Shown here piece after piece: positions 1 through 8,918 of a DNA stretch of 32,927 nt (the stretch's first letter is position 1; each line of letters begins with the position of its first letter). The stretch lies in IMG/VR virus record IMGVR_UViG_2671181122_000013; one strand, 5' to 3'. This DNA comes from a virus. Lineage: Duplodnaviria > Heunggongvirae > Uroviricota > Caudoviricetes. The notes beneath the pieces were generated by a model that worked only from the letters and a program-made list of their open reading frames with translations, ran no database searches and was not told where the DNA came from. Both the position numbers and the translations under genes were made by a program.

Positions 1-1362
1 ATGTTTAAACCGGAACTCCTTTCCCCGGCGGGAACGCTGAAAAATATGCGTTACGCTTTCGCTTATGGCGCAGATGCTGTTTATGCGGGCCAGCCGCGTT
101 ACTCCCTGCGTGTACGCAACAACGAATTCAACCACGAAAATCTTCAGCTCGGCATCAATGAAGCCCACGCGCTGGGGAAAAAGTTTTATGTCGTGGTCAA
201 CATTGCACCGCACAACGCCAAGCTGAAAACCTTTATCCGTGACCTGAAACCGGTGGTGGAAATGGGGCCGGATGCGCTGATTATGTCCGATCCAGGGCTG
301 ATTATGCTGGTGCGTGAGCACTTCCCGGAAATGCCAATCCACCTCTCGGTACAGGCTAACGCCGTGAACTGGGCGACGGTAAAATTCTGGCAGCAAATGG
401 GTCTGACCCGCGTGATCCTCTCTCGCGAACTGTCACTGGAAGAGATTGAAGAGATCCGCAATCAGGTGCCGGATATGGAGATCGAAATCTTCGTTCACGG
501 CGCGCTGTGCATGGCCTACTCCGGTCGCTGCCTGCTCTCTGGCTATATCAACAAGCGCGACCCGAACCAGGGCACCTGCACCAACGCCTGCCGCTGGGAG
601 TACAACGTCCAGGAAGGGAAAGAAGATGACGTTGGCAACATCGTACACAAGTACGAGCCGATTCCGGTGCAAAATGTTGAGCCGACGCTGGGTATCGGCG
701 CGCCAACCGACAAAGTGTTTATGATCGAAGAAGCCCAGCGTCCGGGCGAGTATATGACCGCGTTTGAAGATGAGCACGGCACTTACATCATGAACTCGAA
801 AGATCTGCGCGCCATCGCCCATGTTGAACGCCTGACCAAAATGGGCGTGCATTCGCTGAAAATCGAAGGCCGTACCAAATCTTTCTACTATTGCGCACGC
901 ACCGCGCAGGTTTACCGTAAAGCTATCGATGACGCCGCTGCGGGCAAACCGTTCGATACCAGCCTGCTGGAAACGCTGGAAGGTCTGGCGCATCGTGGCT
1001 ATACCGAAGGTTTCCTGCGTCGTCATACCCACGACGATTATCAGAACTACGAATACGGTTATTCGGTTTCTGACCGTCAGCAGTTTGTTGGTGAGTTTAC
1101 CGGTGAGCGCAAGGGGGAGCTCGCGGCGGTAGCGGTGAAAAATAAATTCTCCGTTGGCGACAGCCTTGAGCTGATGACGCCGCAAGGCAACATTAACTTT
1201 ACCCTTGAGCACATGGAAAACGCCAAAGGTGAAGCAATGCCGGTCGCACCAGGCGATGGTTATACTGTGTGGCTCCCGGTGCCGCAGGATCTTGAGCTAA
1301 ATTACGCGCTGCTGATGCGTAATTTCTCCGGGGAAACCACGCGTACCCCCCACGGTAAGTGA
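1..1362 (+). CDS. yegQ: Peptidase U32-family protein (tRNA hydroxylation protein YegQ/TrhP), 453 aa
   Basis: Full-length 453-aa ORF starting at window base 1; sequence recognised as E. coli YegQ (U32 family); the adjacent cyaR sRNA gene matches the K-12 yegQ-cyaR-ogrK context. Confidence 0.8.
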   Translation: MFKPELLSPAGTLKNMRYAFAYGADAVYAGQPRYSLRVRNNEFNHENLQLGINEAHALGKKFYVVVNIAPHNAKLKTFIRDLKPVVEMGPDALIMSDPGLIMLVREHFPEMPIHLSVQANAVNWATVKFWQQMGLTRVILSRELSLEEIEEIRNQVPDMEIEIFVHGALCMAYSGRCLLSGYINKRDPNQGTCTNACRWEYNVQEGKEDDVGNIVHKYEPIPVQNVEPTLGIGAPTDKVFMIEEAQRPGEYMTAFEDEHGTYIMNSKDLRAIAHVERLTKMGVHSLKIEGRTKSFYYCARTAQVYRKAIDDAAAGKPFDTSLLETLEGLAHRGYTEGFLRRHTHDDYQNYEYGYSVSDRQQFVGEFTGERKGELAAVAVKNKFSVGDSLELMTPQGNINFTLEHMENAKGEAMPVAPGDGYTVWLPVPQDLELNYALLMRNFSGETTRTPHGK

Positions 1363-1394
1363 TTAATTTCGATTATTTTTCCCGGATGGAAAAT

Positions 1395-1446
1395 TCTTAG
1401 AAACCGATCACATACAGCTGCATTTATTAAGGTTATCATCCGTTTC
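1395..1446 (+). promoter_or_regulatory. Putative cyaR promoter with CRP-like half-site (TCACA at 1408..1412) and -10-like TATCAT (1434..1439)
   Basis: TATCAT lies 7 nt upstream of the inferred CyaR 5' end; TCACA half-site centred about -42; CyaR is known to be CRP-activated. The left half-site is a weak match (TTAGA). Confidence 0.4.
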
Positions 1447-1533
1447 GCTGAAAAACATAACCCATAAAATGCTAGCTGTACCAGGAACCACCTCCTTAGC
1501 CTGTGTAATCTCCCTTACACGGGCTTATTTTTT
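1447..1533 (+). ncRNA. cyaR: CyaR (RyeE) Hfq-dependent small RNA
   Basis: Sequence GCTGAAAAACATAACCCATAAAATGCTAGCTGTACCAGGAACCACCTCCTTAGCCTGTGTAATCTCCCTTACACGGGCTTATTTTTT matches CyaR as remembered; ends in a hairpin plus T-run; position immediately downstream of yegQ. Confidence 0.8.
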
Positions 1534-1534
1534 A
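1507..1534. repeat. attL: 28-bp direct repeat AATCTCCCTTACACGGGCTTATTTTTTA (P2-type att core)
   Basis: Exact 28-bp copy of 32255..32282; reverse complement matches the P2 attP core AAAAAATAAGCCCGTGTAAGGGAGATT recalled from the literature. Confidence 0.85.
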
Positions 1535-1595
1535 CGTACAACAAATTGAAATAAAAGGATTTATTTCTGGTCACGTCCACACATTGACCACATCG

Positions 1596-1630
1596 ACAAA
1601 AAAAGCCCCTCGACTGAGGGGCTTTCTGTT
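1596..1630. terminator. Bidirectional hairpin terminator (stem AGCCCCTC/GAGGGGCT, A-run upstream, T-rich downstream)
   Basis: Hairpin at 1604..1623 flanked by ACAAAAAAA and TTCTGTTTG; sits just 3' of the ogr stop on the minus strand. Confidence 0.55.
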
Positions 1631-1635
1631 TGTAA

Positions 1636-1854
1636 TTACATCCACATAATTTGCTGCCCTGACGGCAACGGGTGCGGCCTCACGGCGTGGACTTCTCCCG
1701 GCTTCACGATGTATCGCTGTACCGACTCATAAGTGATGAACGTGGCGCTGCAATTCACGTTCTGACACTGGTGATAACGCTCTTTTGTCGTGTCAGTGAT
1801 ATAGCGACTTGTACGCGCATGTGCGGCATGCTGGCATAAAGGACAATGAAACAT
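1636..1854 (-). CDS. ogr: Ogr late-gene transcription activator (zinc finger), 72 aa
   Basis: Protein from MFHCPLCQHAAHARTSRYITDTTKERYHQCQNVNC has the CxxC-x22-CxxxxC motif; start taken at the internal ATG to match the 72-aa Ogr rather than the 93-aa ORF. Confidence 0.85.
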   Translation of the reverse strand: MFHCPLCQHAAHARTSRYITDTTKERYHQCQNVNCSATFITYESVQRYIVKPGEVHAVRPHPLPSGQQIMWM

Positions 1855-1935
1855 CGCGAGCACCTCTTCCGGTTTTGTTGATGGTGCCATTTTAGTTAAT
1901 TTATCCTTATAAAACAAACAGATAAAATAAAAACA

Positions 1936-3099
1936 TCACTCATCATCTTCTGTTTCGTACTCCACATCAGAAAGCCTGACCTCAAGCTCCAGGGACGTCG
2001 TGAAGCCGCTATTATTCAGAAAATGTGTCACCTTAGTGATTGTCCAGTCCTGCTCGTCTATGACGCGCTTAAAGCCTGATACTTTGACCGGCGTTTCCGT
2101 GTAAATATCTGCCCGACCAGTAGCCAGACTGATAGAGAACTCCGCAACGCCCCGTTGCAGCTTATCCCACTTCGCCTGAGCGGCGCGCATGGCCTGCGCT
2201 TTCGTGGCATATACCGTGGTCAGGGCAAAAACGTTGTCAGCCTCACCTGCCATGTATTCACCTTCGCGCGCTTCCGGTACTTTTGGCGCTTTCTTCTGCG
2301 TGACCGGTTTTGCTTTCGGGTGCTCCAGTGCGCGCAGGTGTTTTTCTTTCTTTTTGCGTTTCAGTTTTACCTTCTGCTTTTGTGGTTTCGGGTCTTTGGT
2401 GTGTAACCACTTTGCCGTTACGCCGGTATAGGCTCCACGGTCAGCAATCGCAAAATGATGACGGTCACCGTCGCTGCGGGTGATGGTAATCTGCGGGATT
2501 TTTTTACCGCTGGCAGTCACCCCCTGCCCCGCTTTGAGAAACAGCAGTTTTCCCATTTTTACCGACACCTCACCGCCGTTGCGTTCTGCAAGACGGGTCA
2601 GGAATTTCGCATCAGACTCCTGCGACTGGTCGATGTGCGGGATTTTAATTCCGGCCAGTGACGGCGCGACACTGGCTTCCAGCCTGTTACGGGAGGCTAT
2701 TGCCTCAACAATCGCACCGAGCGTGGTGTCATGCCAGGAGCCTTCACGGCGGGAATCGAGCGTCCCGCGAAAATCTGCACTCCGGGCGCGGATGGTGACC
2801 ACATCCGGCGCGCCCCGGTGTTCAACCTCATCAACGGTAAATTTCCCTTTGCATACCAGGGCAAAACCTTTCCAGCCGATATACACCGTCAGGACAGCGC
2901 CACGAATCGGCAGCCCGACCTGCCCGTCGGCATCGTTCAGTTCAATATCAAGCTGGTCAGCCTCAAAGCCCCGGTTATCCGTCAGAGTCATGCTCATCAG
3001 ACGGTCGCTGATATTGCCGGTAATATCCCTGCTGTCGAGCATCAGCATGTAATCCGGCGTCAGCGTACTGCCTGCATCAAATGTCAGCGCATCCAGCAT
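1936..3099 (-). CDS. D: Tail protein gpD (late control D), 387 aa
   Basis: 387 aa equals P2 gpD; position between ogr and U. Confidence 0.85.
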   Translation of the reverse strand: MLDALTFDAGSTLTPDYMLMLDSRDITGNISDRLMSMTLTDNRGFEADQLDIELNDADGQVGLPIRGAVLTVYIGWKGFALVCKGKFTVDEVEHRGAPDVVTIRARSADFRGTLDSRREGSWHDTTLGAIVEAIASRNRLEASVAPSLAGIKIPHIDQSQESDAKFLTRLAERNGGEVSVKMGKLLFLKAGQGVTASGKKIPQITITRSDGDRHHFAIADRGAYTGVTAKWLHTKDPKPQKQKVKLKRKKKEKHLRALEHPKAKPVTQKKAPKVPEAREGEYMAGEADNVFALTTVYATKAQAMRAAQAKWDKLQRGVAEFSISLATGRADIYTETPVKVSGFKRVIDEQDWTITKVTHFLNNSGFTTSLELEVRLSDVEYETEDDE

Positions 3100-3578
3100 T
3101 ATTCCGCCCCCGTCATCCCCGTGAATCTAGTCGCCAGACTACCGGCCTTACCGATGAGCGATTCCGCCTGTTTACCGATATCGCCATAAAGCGCGGCCAG
3201 TGATTCATCAACGCGGGTGAGCGACAGCGTAAAATCAATTTTCCGGGGTGTGCCGTCTGCAAAGAAAATACTCCCTGTTTCACTCACCTTGCTGATGACA
3301 TACATGCCGTAAATCATGCCGGTGCCATCCAGCAACGGCCACGCCCGCCCCTCCTCTGCCATCAGCCTGAGCGTGGTCATCGTCAGCTTGCCGCCGGTCA
3401 GTTCGGGATAAAGCACACCGGCAAGCGTGATGTTTTCCTCACCCACACCGAGAAACTGAAAAGCGTCCCGTTTACCGATACGGGAATTTGACGGCCAGCG
3501 ATAATCTGATTCACGCTGCATGGTCTGGTGTGGCAGCGTCTGGCGCATAAAAACAAACATACCTAACGCGAGCATCAT
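3099..3578 (-). CDS. U: Tail protein gpU, 159 aa
   Basis: 159 aa equals P2 gpU; follows T in the tail operon. Confidence 0.85.
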   Translation of the reverse strand: MMLALGMFVFMRQTLPHQTMQRESDYRWPSNSRIGKRDAFQFLGVGEENITLAGVLYPELTGGKLTMTTLRLMAEEGRAWPLLDGTGMIYGMYVISKVSETGSIFFADGTPRKIDFTLSLTRVDESLAALYGDIGKQAESLIGKAGSLATRFTGMTGAE

Positions 3579-3592
3579 TTTTCGTCACCTCC

Positions 3593-6040
3593 TTAACCGT
3601 CATGCATCATGCTGGCACGGGCGCGCGCACGTTTATCCCGCTCGTATTTTTCGAGCGCATCCTGTAACTGGCGGTCGAGCTGTGTCCCCGGCGCAGTACC
3701 ACCCGTCAGGCTGATGTGATATTCGTTTTTACTCTGGTCTACATAAGAGCGGCCAGCCGGTGCCGTGACCGGCTGATAAGCCTGATAACCTGCATAAGAG
3801 CTGGTCGCCGGAATATAACCACCGCTGCCATACGTGGCGGCTTGAGTTCTGGCGGCGGTCTGGTCAAGTGTGTCTGACTCTTTGTTGATAACACCGAGTT
3901 TTTCCAGTACCCAGTCAATACCACTGCGCAGTTTGTTGAACGCATTAAGCGGCAGCATCAGCGCGTCAGCCAGTGCCTGCCCGAACATGACGCCCGTGTC
4001 ACGGCAACGGTTCAGGGTGTCCTGGGTGGCTTTGACCGGGGCAATCAGGTTTTTAAACCACTGCCACGCGGCCTGTAACTTTTCACCCAGCCAGTCAAAC
4101 ACCGGTTTAAGTGGCGTGAACAGTTCCCCCACCGGCGCAAATGCCGCTTTCAGCCCTTCCACCACACCGCCAAAGAATGCGCTGACAGGCTCCCAGTATT
4201 TACGGATAAGCAACGCCCCGGCGACAATGGCGGCCACCACGGCCACAACCGGCCAGCTAATCGCCCCGATGGCGGTTATAACAGCACTGCCAACCGTCGT
4301 GAAGATTGCCCCCATTGCGCCTGCTGCCGCGATGATGGCATTGATGCCGGTGATAACCGGCCAGGCGACGAGGCCAATGGCACCGATGACACCAATCAGT
4401 GCCAGTGCACCACCGACAATGATGCCGATGGTTGACGCCAGTGATTTGTTTTTCTGGATCCAGCCGTCGAGTTTTAACACATACTTTGTGGCCGTCTGCG
4501 TGAGATTACGCAGTGCGCCTTCCTGCTGGTCAAACAGGTCAGTCCCCACCGCCTCATAAGCGGACTGAAACTCCTTAAAGTCACCGCCGAGGTTGTCCTG
4601 CATGATATTTACCAGCTCTGCGGTCTTCCCGTCTGAGGCTTTAAACGCAGCGGTCAGTTTGTCCAGCTTTCCGGTTGAGGCGGCAGTCATCAGCACAGCG
4701 GCGGCTGAGCTGGCCTCCTCCCCGAAAATGGTTTTCATGTATTCAGCCTGCTGGGCAGTACCGAGCCGGTTTTTCTCAAAACTGGCCTGCATTTCTTTCA
4801 GAATGGTAAATATTGGCCGGGTGTTTCCCTTGCTGTCTGAGGTTTTCACGCCAAGCTCTTTGAGTGCATCCCATGCTTTTCCCGTCGGTGCCTGCAGGCG
4901 GCTTAACACGGCACGGCTTCCCGTCCCCGCCATTGAGCCTGTGATTTTTGCATCATGCAGCGCCCCGACCATTGCGGCGGTTTCTTCAATGCTGACACCG
5001 GCATTTTTTGCCACAGGTGCGGCATAGGTCAGCGCATCGCTCATGCCGTCAAAATCGGCGGCGGTTTTGTTCATCGTCATGGAGAGAACATCCCCGATAT
5101 GAGCGACCTTATCGTTTGAAAGCTGAAAGGCGGATTTCATCCCCATCAGCAGGGCGGCGTTTTCTTCCATCGTGCGGCGGTTCGCCAGCGCCATATTCAG
5201 CGTGACCGGCGTTGCCGCCTGAATGGCATCAACATCCCCACCGGCTTTCGCAATGATAATCTGTGCACCGGCTGCATCATCTGCCGAGGCTGCGGTATTG
5301 TCGCCGAGCTGGCGCGCCTGCTTGCGGAGTGCGGTCATTTCGGCGGAGTCTTTTGCCACTCCGAGCACGGCCTGCAATTCTGAGTTTTTCTGCGCAAATT
5401 CATAACCGGGCATCAGCAATTTAACTCCGGCCATCGTTCCCGCCGCCGCAATCCCCACACCGGCAGCGCCTACTGAGGCCATATTTCCGGCCAGTTCCTT
5501 TCCGGCCTGATAACGCTGTTTGACTGCGTTAAGTTTTGCCTGTTGCGCACTGACACGCGCCAGCGCATCACGCTGACGGTTAAGCTGTGCGGTGGTTTCA
5601 CTGATACGGTTTTTCAGTCCCTGCTCATCATGTGCAAGATTGCGGGTATTAATTCCCACAACGGCCAGTTCCCGCTGCTGGCGTTTAACGGAATCCGTCA
5701 GGCAGTTATATTTCGCCTGTAAGTCCTCCGCCGCACGCTTCGCGGATTCCAGCACTTTCGCCTGAGCACGTGTCGGACGTTCGGTGTTTTTAAACTGTGT
5801 GGCAAGGGCTTCGGCCTCCTGCCGTGCCTTTTCAAGTGCATGACCAGTCACGGCGAGCTGTGCACTGGTCTTGCGAAATCCCTCAATACGGGATGCGTGA
5901 CCGTTCAGCTCGCGCAGTGATTTTTGTGTTTCCCGGATATCCCCCGACAGCGACTTGCTCGCTGTGCGGATGGATTTAAACGGGCGGGATGCCTGGTCAA
6001 CAGCCCTGAGCAATACCTGTAATTTTACATTGTTACTCAT
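3593..6040 (-). CDS. T: Tail tape-measure protein gpT, 815 aa
   Basis: 815 aa equals P2 gpT; Ala/Gly-rich with hydrophobic segments, typical of tape-measure proteins. Confidence 0.9.
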   Translation of the reverse strand: MSNNVKLQVLLRAVDQASRPFKSIRTASKSLSGDIRETQKSLRELNGHASRIEGFRKTSAQLAVTGHALEKARQEAEALATQFKNTERPTRAQAKVLESAKRAAEDLQAKYNCLTDSVKRQQRELAVVGINTRNLAHDEQGLKNRISETTAQLNRQRDALARVSAQQAKLNAVKQRYQAGKELAGNMASVGAAGVGIAAAGTMAGVKLLMPGYEFAQKNSELQAVLGVAKDSAEMTALRKQARQLGDNTAASADDAAGAQIIIAKAGGDVDAIQAATPVTLNMALANRRTMEENAALLMGMKSAFQLSNDKVAHIGDVLSMTMNKTAADFDGMSDALTYAAPVAKNAGVSIEETAAMVGALHDAKITGSMAGTGSRAVLSRLQAPTGKAWDALKELGVKTSDSKGNTRPIFTILKEMQASFEKNRLGTAQQAEYMKTIFGEEASSAAAVLMTAASTGKLDKLTAAFKASDGKTAELVNIMQDNLGGDFKEFQSAYEAVGTDLFDQQEGALRNLTQTATKYVLKLDGWIQKNKSLASTIGIIVGGALALIGVIGAIGLVAWPVITGINAIIAAAGAMGAIFTTVGSAVITAIGAISWPVVAVVAAIVAGALLIRKYWEPVSAFFGGVVEGLKAAFAPVGELFTPLKPVFDWLGEKLQAAWQWFKNLIAPVKATQDTLNRCRDTGVMFGQALADALMLPLNAFNKLRSGIDWVLEKLGVINKESDTLDQTAARTQAATYGSGGYIPATSSYAGYQAYQPVTAPAGRSYVDQSKNEYHISLTGGTAPGTQLDRQLQDALEKYERDKRARARASMMHDG

Positions 6041-6460
6041 TCGTGTTTCCGCTTCGCCGGAGCGCCTTTTCGCGCCATGTGATGAGTTCGGTCAGGCTCA
6101 TGGGATACAGTTCTGATGGCGGCCAGTGAAATATCACTGCCACATCCGCCATCAGGTCATCGACCGAGAGATTTTTCGGGAACGTTACTGCACCGAGTTC
6201 GGCGACAAAAAACCGACCACCTTACCGGCCAGCGCCACAAGGTCAGGCAGTTCCAGCGCGGCGACTTCCTGCTCGGTCAGCATCGGTGCCGTCATGCGCG
6301 GCAGCACCTTAATCAGTGCATCGACTTCGGAGTTTGCGACCGCAGCCAGACTGACACCGCGCAGCGTCCCGGCATTGGGCTTCATCAGCGTGACCTGTTC
6401 GATAACCTGCTCACCACGCTTGACCGGATTGTCCAGGGTAATCACATTTTCTTTGTTCAT
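6033..6460 (-). CDS. gpE+E' product of programmed -1 frameshift (about 143 aa)
   Basis: Slippery heptamer T-TTT-TTG on the minus strand at 6206..6212; hand translation of the -1 frame runs without a stop to TAA at 6033..6035, overlapping the T start. Confidence 0.7.
6185..6460 (-). CDS. E: Tail assembly chaperone gpE, 91 aa
   Basis: 91 aa equals P2 gpE; located between FII and T. Confidence 0.85.
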   Translation of the reverse strand: MNKENVITLDNPVKRGEQVIEQVTLMKPNAGTLRGVSLAAVANSEVDALIKVLPRMTAPMLTEQEVAALELPDLVALAGKVVGFLSPNSVQ

Positions 6461-6516
6461 GGTTTTCTCACTTCTGAATCAGGGTTAACCGGTCAGCCAG
6501 GCTGACCGGATGAAAA

Positions 6517-7035
6517 TCACAGGCCGATATTTCGGCGGTGTTGCTCCAGCCGGTCGACGCCGTTCACCTTCTCAATCATGTTGATGGTGTCGATTTCGAC
6601 CAGCTCCTTACCGTCCATCGTCAGCCGGAAATAGGTGCAGACCACGGAGATTTTCGGCTCGGTGTCTTCTCCCTGTTTACCCTCGCCGGTGTCGATTTCT
6701 TTCTGACGTCCACGCATGACCACTTCGACGGCCACCGTTTCGCCGGTATCGTCACGCTGGTAAGAGCCTGCAAAACGAATCGGCACGGCATCCACACCGG
6801 TTGCGGCGTAAAGCTCCCAGATAACCGAATCCGGGAAGCCCCCGAGCGACCACTCCATTGACAGCGCATCGTCATCAAGGCCGAGGTCTACCGGTGCGCT
6901 GCCGTTCATCCCCGCACCGCGATAGTTTTCGAGCTTACGGGTCAGTTTTGGCAGCGTGACGGACTTTGCAACGCCCTGATAGCTGTAGCCGTTCAGAAAG
7001 ACGTTCATTAACTTGAGTTTGCGCGGCATTGCCAT
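6517..7035 (-). CDS. FII: Tail tube protein gpFII, 172 aa
   Basis: 172 aa equals P2 FII; follows FI. Confidence 0.9.
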   Translation of the reverse strand: MAMPRKLKLMNVFLNGYSYQGVAKSVTLPKLTRKLENYRGAGMNGSAPVDLGLDDDALSMEWSLGGFPDSVIWELYAATGVDAVPIRFAGSYQRDDTGETVAVEVVMRGRQKEIDTGEGKQGEDTEPKISVVCTYFRLTMDGKELVEIDTINMIEKVNGVDRLEQHRRNIGL

Positions 7036-7047
7036 CGGTCAGGCTCC

Positions 7048-8238
7048 TTAATTGCTGTTAACCGAAGTGACCAGATTTGCCAGGTATTTATCGGTAATAC
7101 GCTGGCGCAGGGTCAGGTTTTCGAGAGGAGGCACCGGGGTATAGTCGTAGTCGATATACAGTTTTCCGGCCTTGAGGGTTTCCGCATCGTTGGATTCTTC
7201 GCTGAACCAGCAGGTCGCATCCACGATATAGCCGTTTGTTTTCAGCTCACGGAATTTGGCATTGATGCCGTCAACGATGTCGCGAATCAGCGTTGCGGTG
7301 ATGGGCTTGTCCACCGCCCACATGTGCGCCTCAGCCATCGTGTCGGCCAGCACCTGCGCGGTGCGGGTGTAGTTTTCAAAGAGGAACAGCGGGTCATCAG
7401 AGCAGGTACGGTTACCCCAGAAGCGGAAACCGTCACGGCGAATCAGCGTTGTGACGCCTGACTCGTTAAGCAGGTCAGCATCGGTGCCGGACTCCTGCAA
7501 ATCCCAGAATACAGAGGCGCTGATGCCGGTAACACCGTTCACCCCAACGTTGGACAGCGTTTTATGCCAGCCCTGCTCCTGGTCGATTTTAGCGCGCAGA
7601 CCCAGCGCACGGGCGGTGGCATACGCGGTGGCGGTGGTACTGGTGACCGTATCCCATGCGAGGAAATCCGGCCAGATGACCATCAGCTCACGCTGGCTGA
7701 AATTCTGGCGGTAGGCTTTCACCTCGGAAATGGTTTTACAGCCCCATGCGCTGATATACCCGAAAGCGCGCAGCTTCTGACAGACTGATGCCAGTGCAAC
7801 AGCCACCTCTTTGGTGTCCAGTCCCGGAACACCGAGAATGCGCGGTTTAACACCGGTTACCGACTCCGCCGCCAGCAGGGCTTTCAGTCCGGTGTACTGA
7901 CCGTTTTCGTCGGTGGTGCCGATGATATTGGAAACGGTCTGCGCGAGTTTCGTTTCCTCGTCGTCGCCGCTGCCGTCTTCCACACGCACAACAACGGTGA
8001 CCGGTTTTGACTGGTCAGCGATAGCCTGCAACGATGCCGCCAGCGTGCCTTTTTTACCGGCCTTTGCAATTGCGCTCTGCACATTGGTAATCAGCACCGG
8101 TTTATTGAGGGGGAAGGTTTCCGCATCCGCATCGCTGGCCGTGCAGACCATGCCGACAATGGCGGTGGATACGGTGGAAATGACGCGGGTGCCGTCGTTA
8201 ATCTCCAGCACCTGCACGCCGTGATGATAGTCACTCAT
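7048..8238 (-). CDS. FI: Contractile tail sheath protein gpFI, 396 aa
   Basis: 396 aa equals P2 FI. Confidence 0.9.
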   Translation of the reverse strand: MSDYHHGVQVLEINDGTRVISTVSTAIVGMVCTASDADAETFPLNKPVLITNVQSAIAKAGKKGTLAASLQAIADQSKPVTVVVRVEDGSGDDEETKLAQTVSNIIGTTDENGQYTGLKALLAAESVTGVKPRILGVPGLDTKEVAVALASVCQKLRAFGYISAWGCKTISEVKAYRQNFSQRELMVIWPDFLAWDTVTSTTATAYATARALGLRAKIDQEQGWHKTLSNVGVNGVTGISASVFWDLQESGTDADLLNESGVTTLIRRDGFRFWGNRTCSDDPLFLFENYTRTAQVLADTMAEAHMWAVDKPITATLIRDIVDGINAKFRELKTNGYIVDATCWFSEESNDAETLKAGKLYIDYDYTPVPPLENLTLRQRITDKYLANLVTSVNSN

Positions 8239-8297
8239 CCGTTTAACTCCGTGGTTAATGGGTGAGTGATATTTTCAGTTGTGCCGGAGATGTCAGG

Positions 8298-8891
8298 CTA
8301 TTTATCCCGGTTGGCTAAGGGATGACACAATTTATTTTTTGTCACGGAGGCGGGGAATTTTTTATAGAGCGTGGACAGGCCAATATCAAAAATCAGTGCC
8401 ACGCGTTGACGTGATTCCCCTGCAGCCAACAACCGCCCGGCCTGCTCCCACTCACTCGCGGTGAGTTTCGAACGTCTGCCACCAATACGACCTTTAGCTC
8501 TGGCCGCTTCCAGTCCGGCGCGAGTCCGCTCGACAATGAGTTCTCGTTCCGTTTCAGCCAGGGCACCCATCACATGAAAGAAAAAACGTCCCATCGGCGT
8601 GCTGGTATCAATGGCATCCGTCAGGCTGCGAAAATTAACGCCGCGTTCGCGCAGTTCCTCAACCAGAATGACCAGATGCCGCATACTACGCCCCAGCCTG
8701 TCCAGCTTCCAGACCACCAGAGTGTCACCTGCTGATAATGTTCTGAGCAGTTTTTTCAGTCCCGGTCGGTCGGACTTCGTGCCGCTGATTTTATCCTCAA
8801 AAATCAGCTCACATCCTGCACACTCCAGCGCGTTACGCTGCAATTCCGTGTTCTGGTCATTTGTTGACACGCGCACATAGCCAATAAGCAT
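8298..8891 (-). CDS. Site-specific DNA invertase, serine recombinase of the Gin/Pin/Hin/Cin family (about 197 aa)
   Basis: N-terminus MLIGYVRVSTNDQNTELQRNAL with catalytic-serine context and C-terminal HTH; very similar to remembered Gin/Pin sequences. Start taken at the second ATG (8891). Confidence 0.9.
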   Translation of the reverse strand: MLIGYVRVSTNDQNTELQRNALECAGCELIFEDKISGTKSDRPGLKKLLRTLSAGDTLVVWKLDRLGRSMRHLVILVEELRERGVNFRSLTDAIDTSTPMGRFFFHVMGALAETERELIVERTRAGLEAARAKGRIGGRRSKLTASEWEQAGRLLAAGESRQRVALIFDIGLSTLYKKFPASVTKNKLCHPLANRDK

Positions 8892-8918
8892 GAGCATCCC
8901 CCTGAATAAAAACCGGAG

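Noticed and set aside
433-1212. 259-aa minus-strand ORF antisense to yegQ
   Set aside because: Lies entirely within a well-supported host gene on the opposite strand, with no motif or context support; typical shadow ORF in GC-rich coding DNA.
1447-1534. Possibility that the att site is a tRNA gene
   Set aside because: The sequence matches the CyaR sRNA and has no cloverleaf-compatible arms that I could find; integration is at an sRNA 3' end, not a tRNA.
1636-1917. 93-aa extended version of the ogr ORF
   Set aside because: The Ogr zinc-finger protein begins at the internal MFHCPLC; the upstream 21 codons are most likely run-on open frame.
3870-5027. Plus-strand ORFs (229 aa and 144 aa) inside the tape-measure gene
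   Set aside because: Antisense to an intact 815-aa gpT; low-complexity Ala/Ser/Thr-rich translations typical of reverse-frame artefacts.
8279-8464. 61-aa plus-strand ORF overlapping the invertase 3' end
   Set aside because: Antisense to a strongly supported invertase gene; no independent support.
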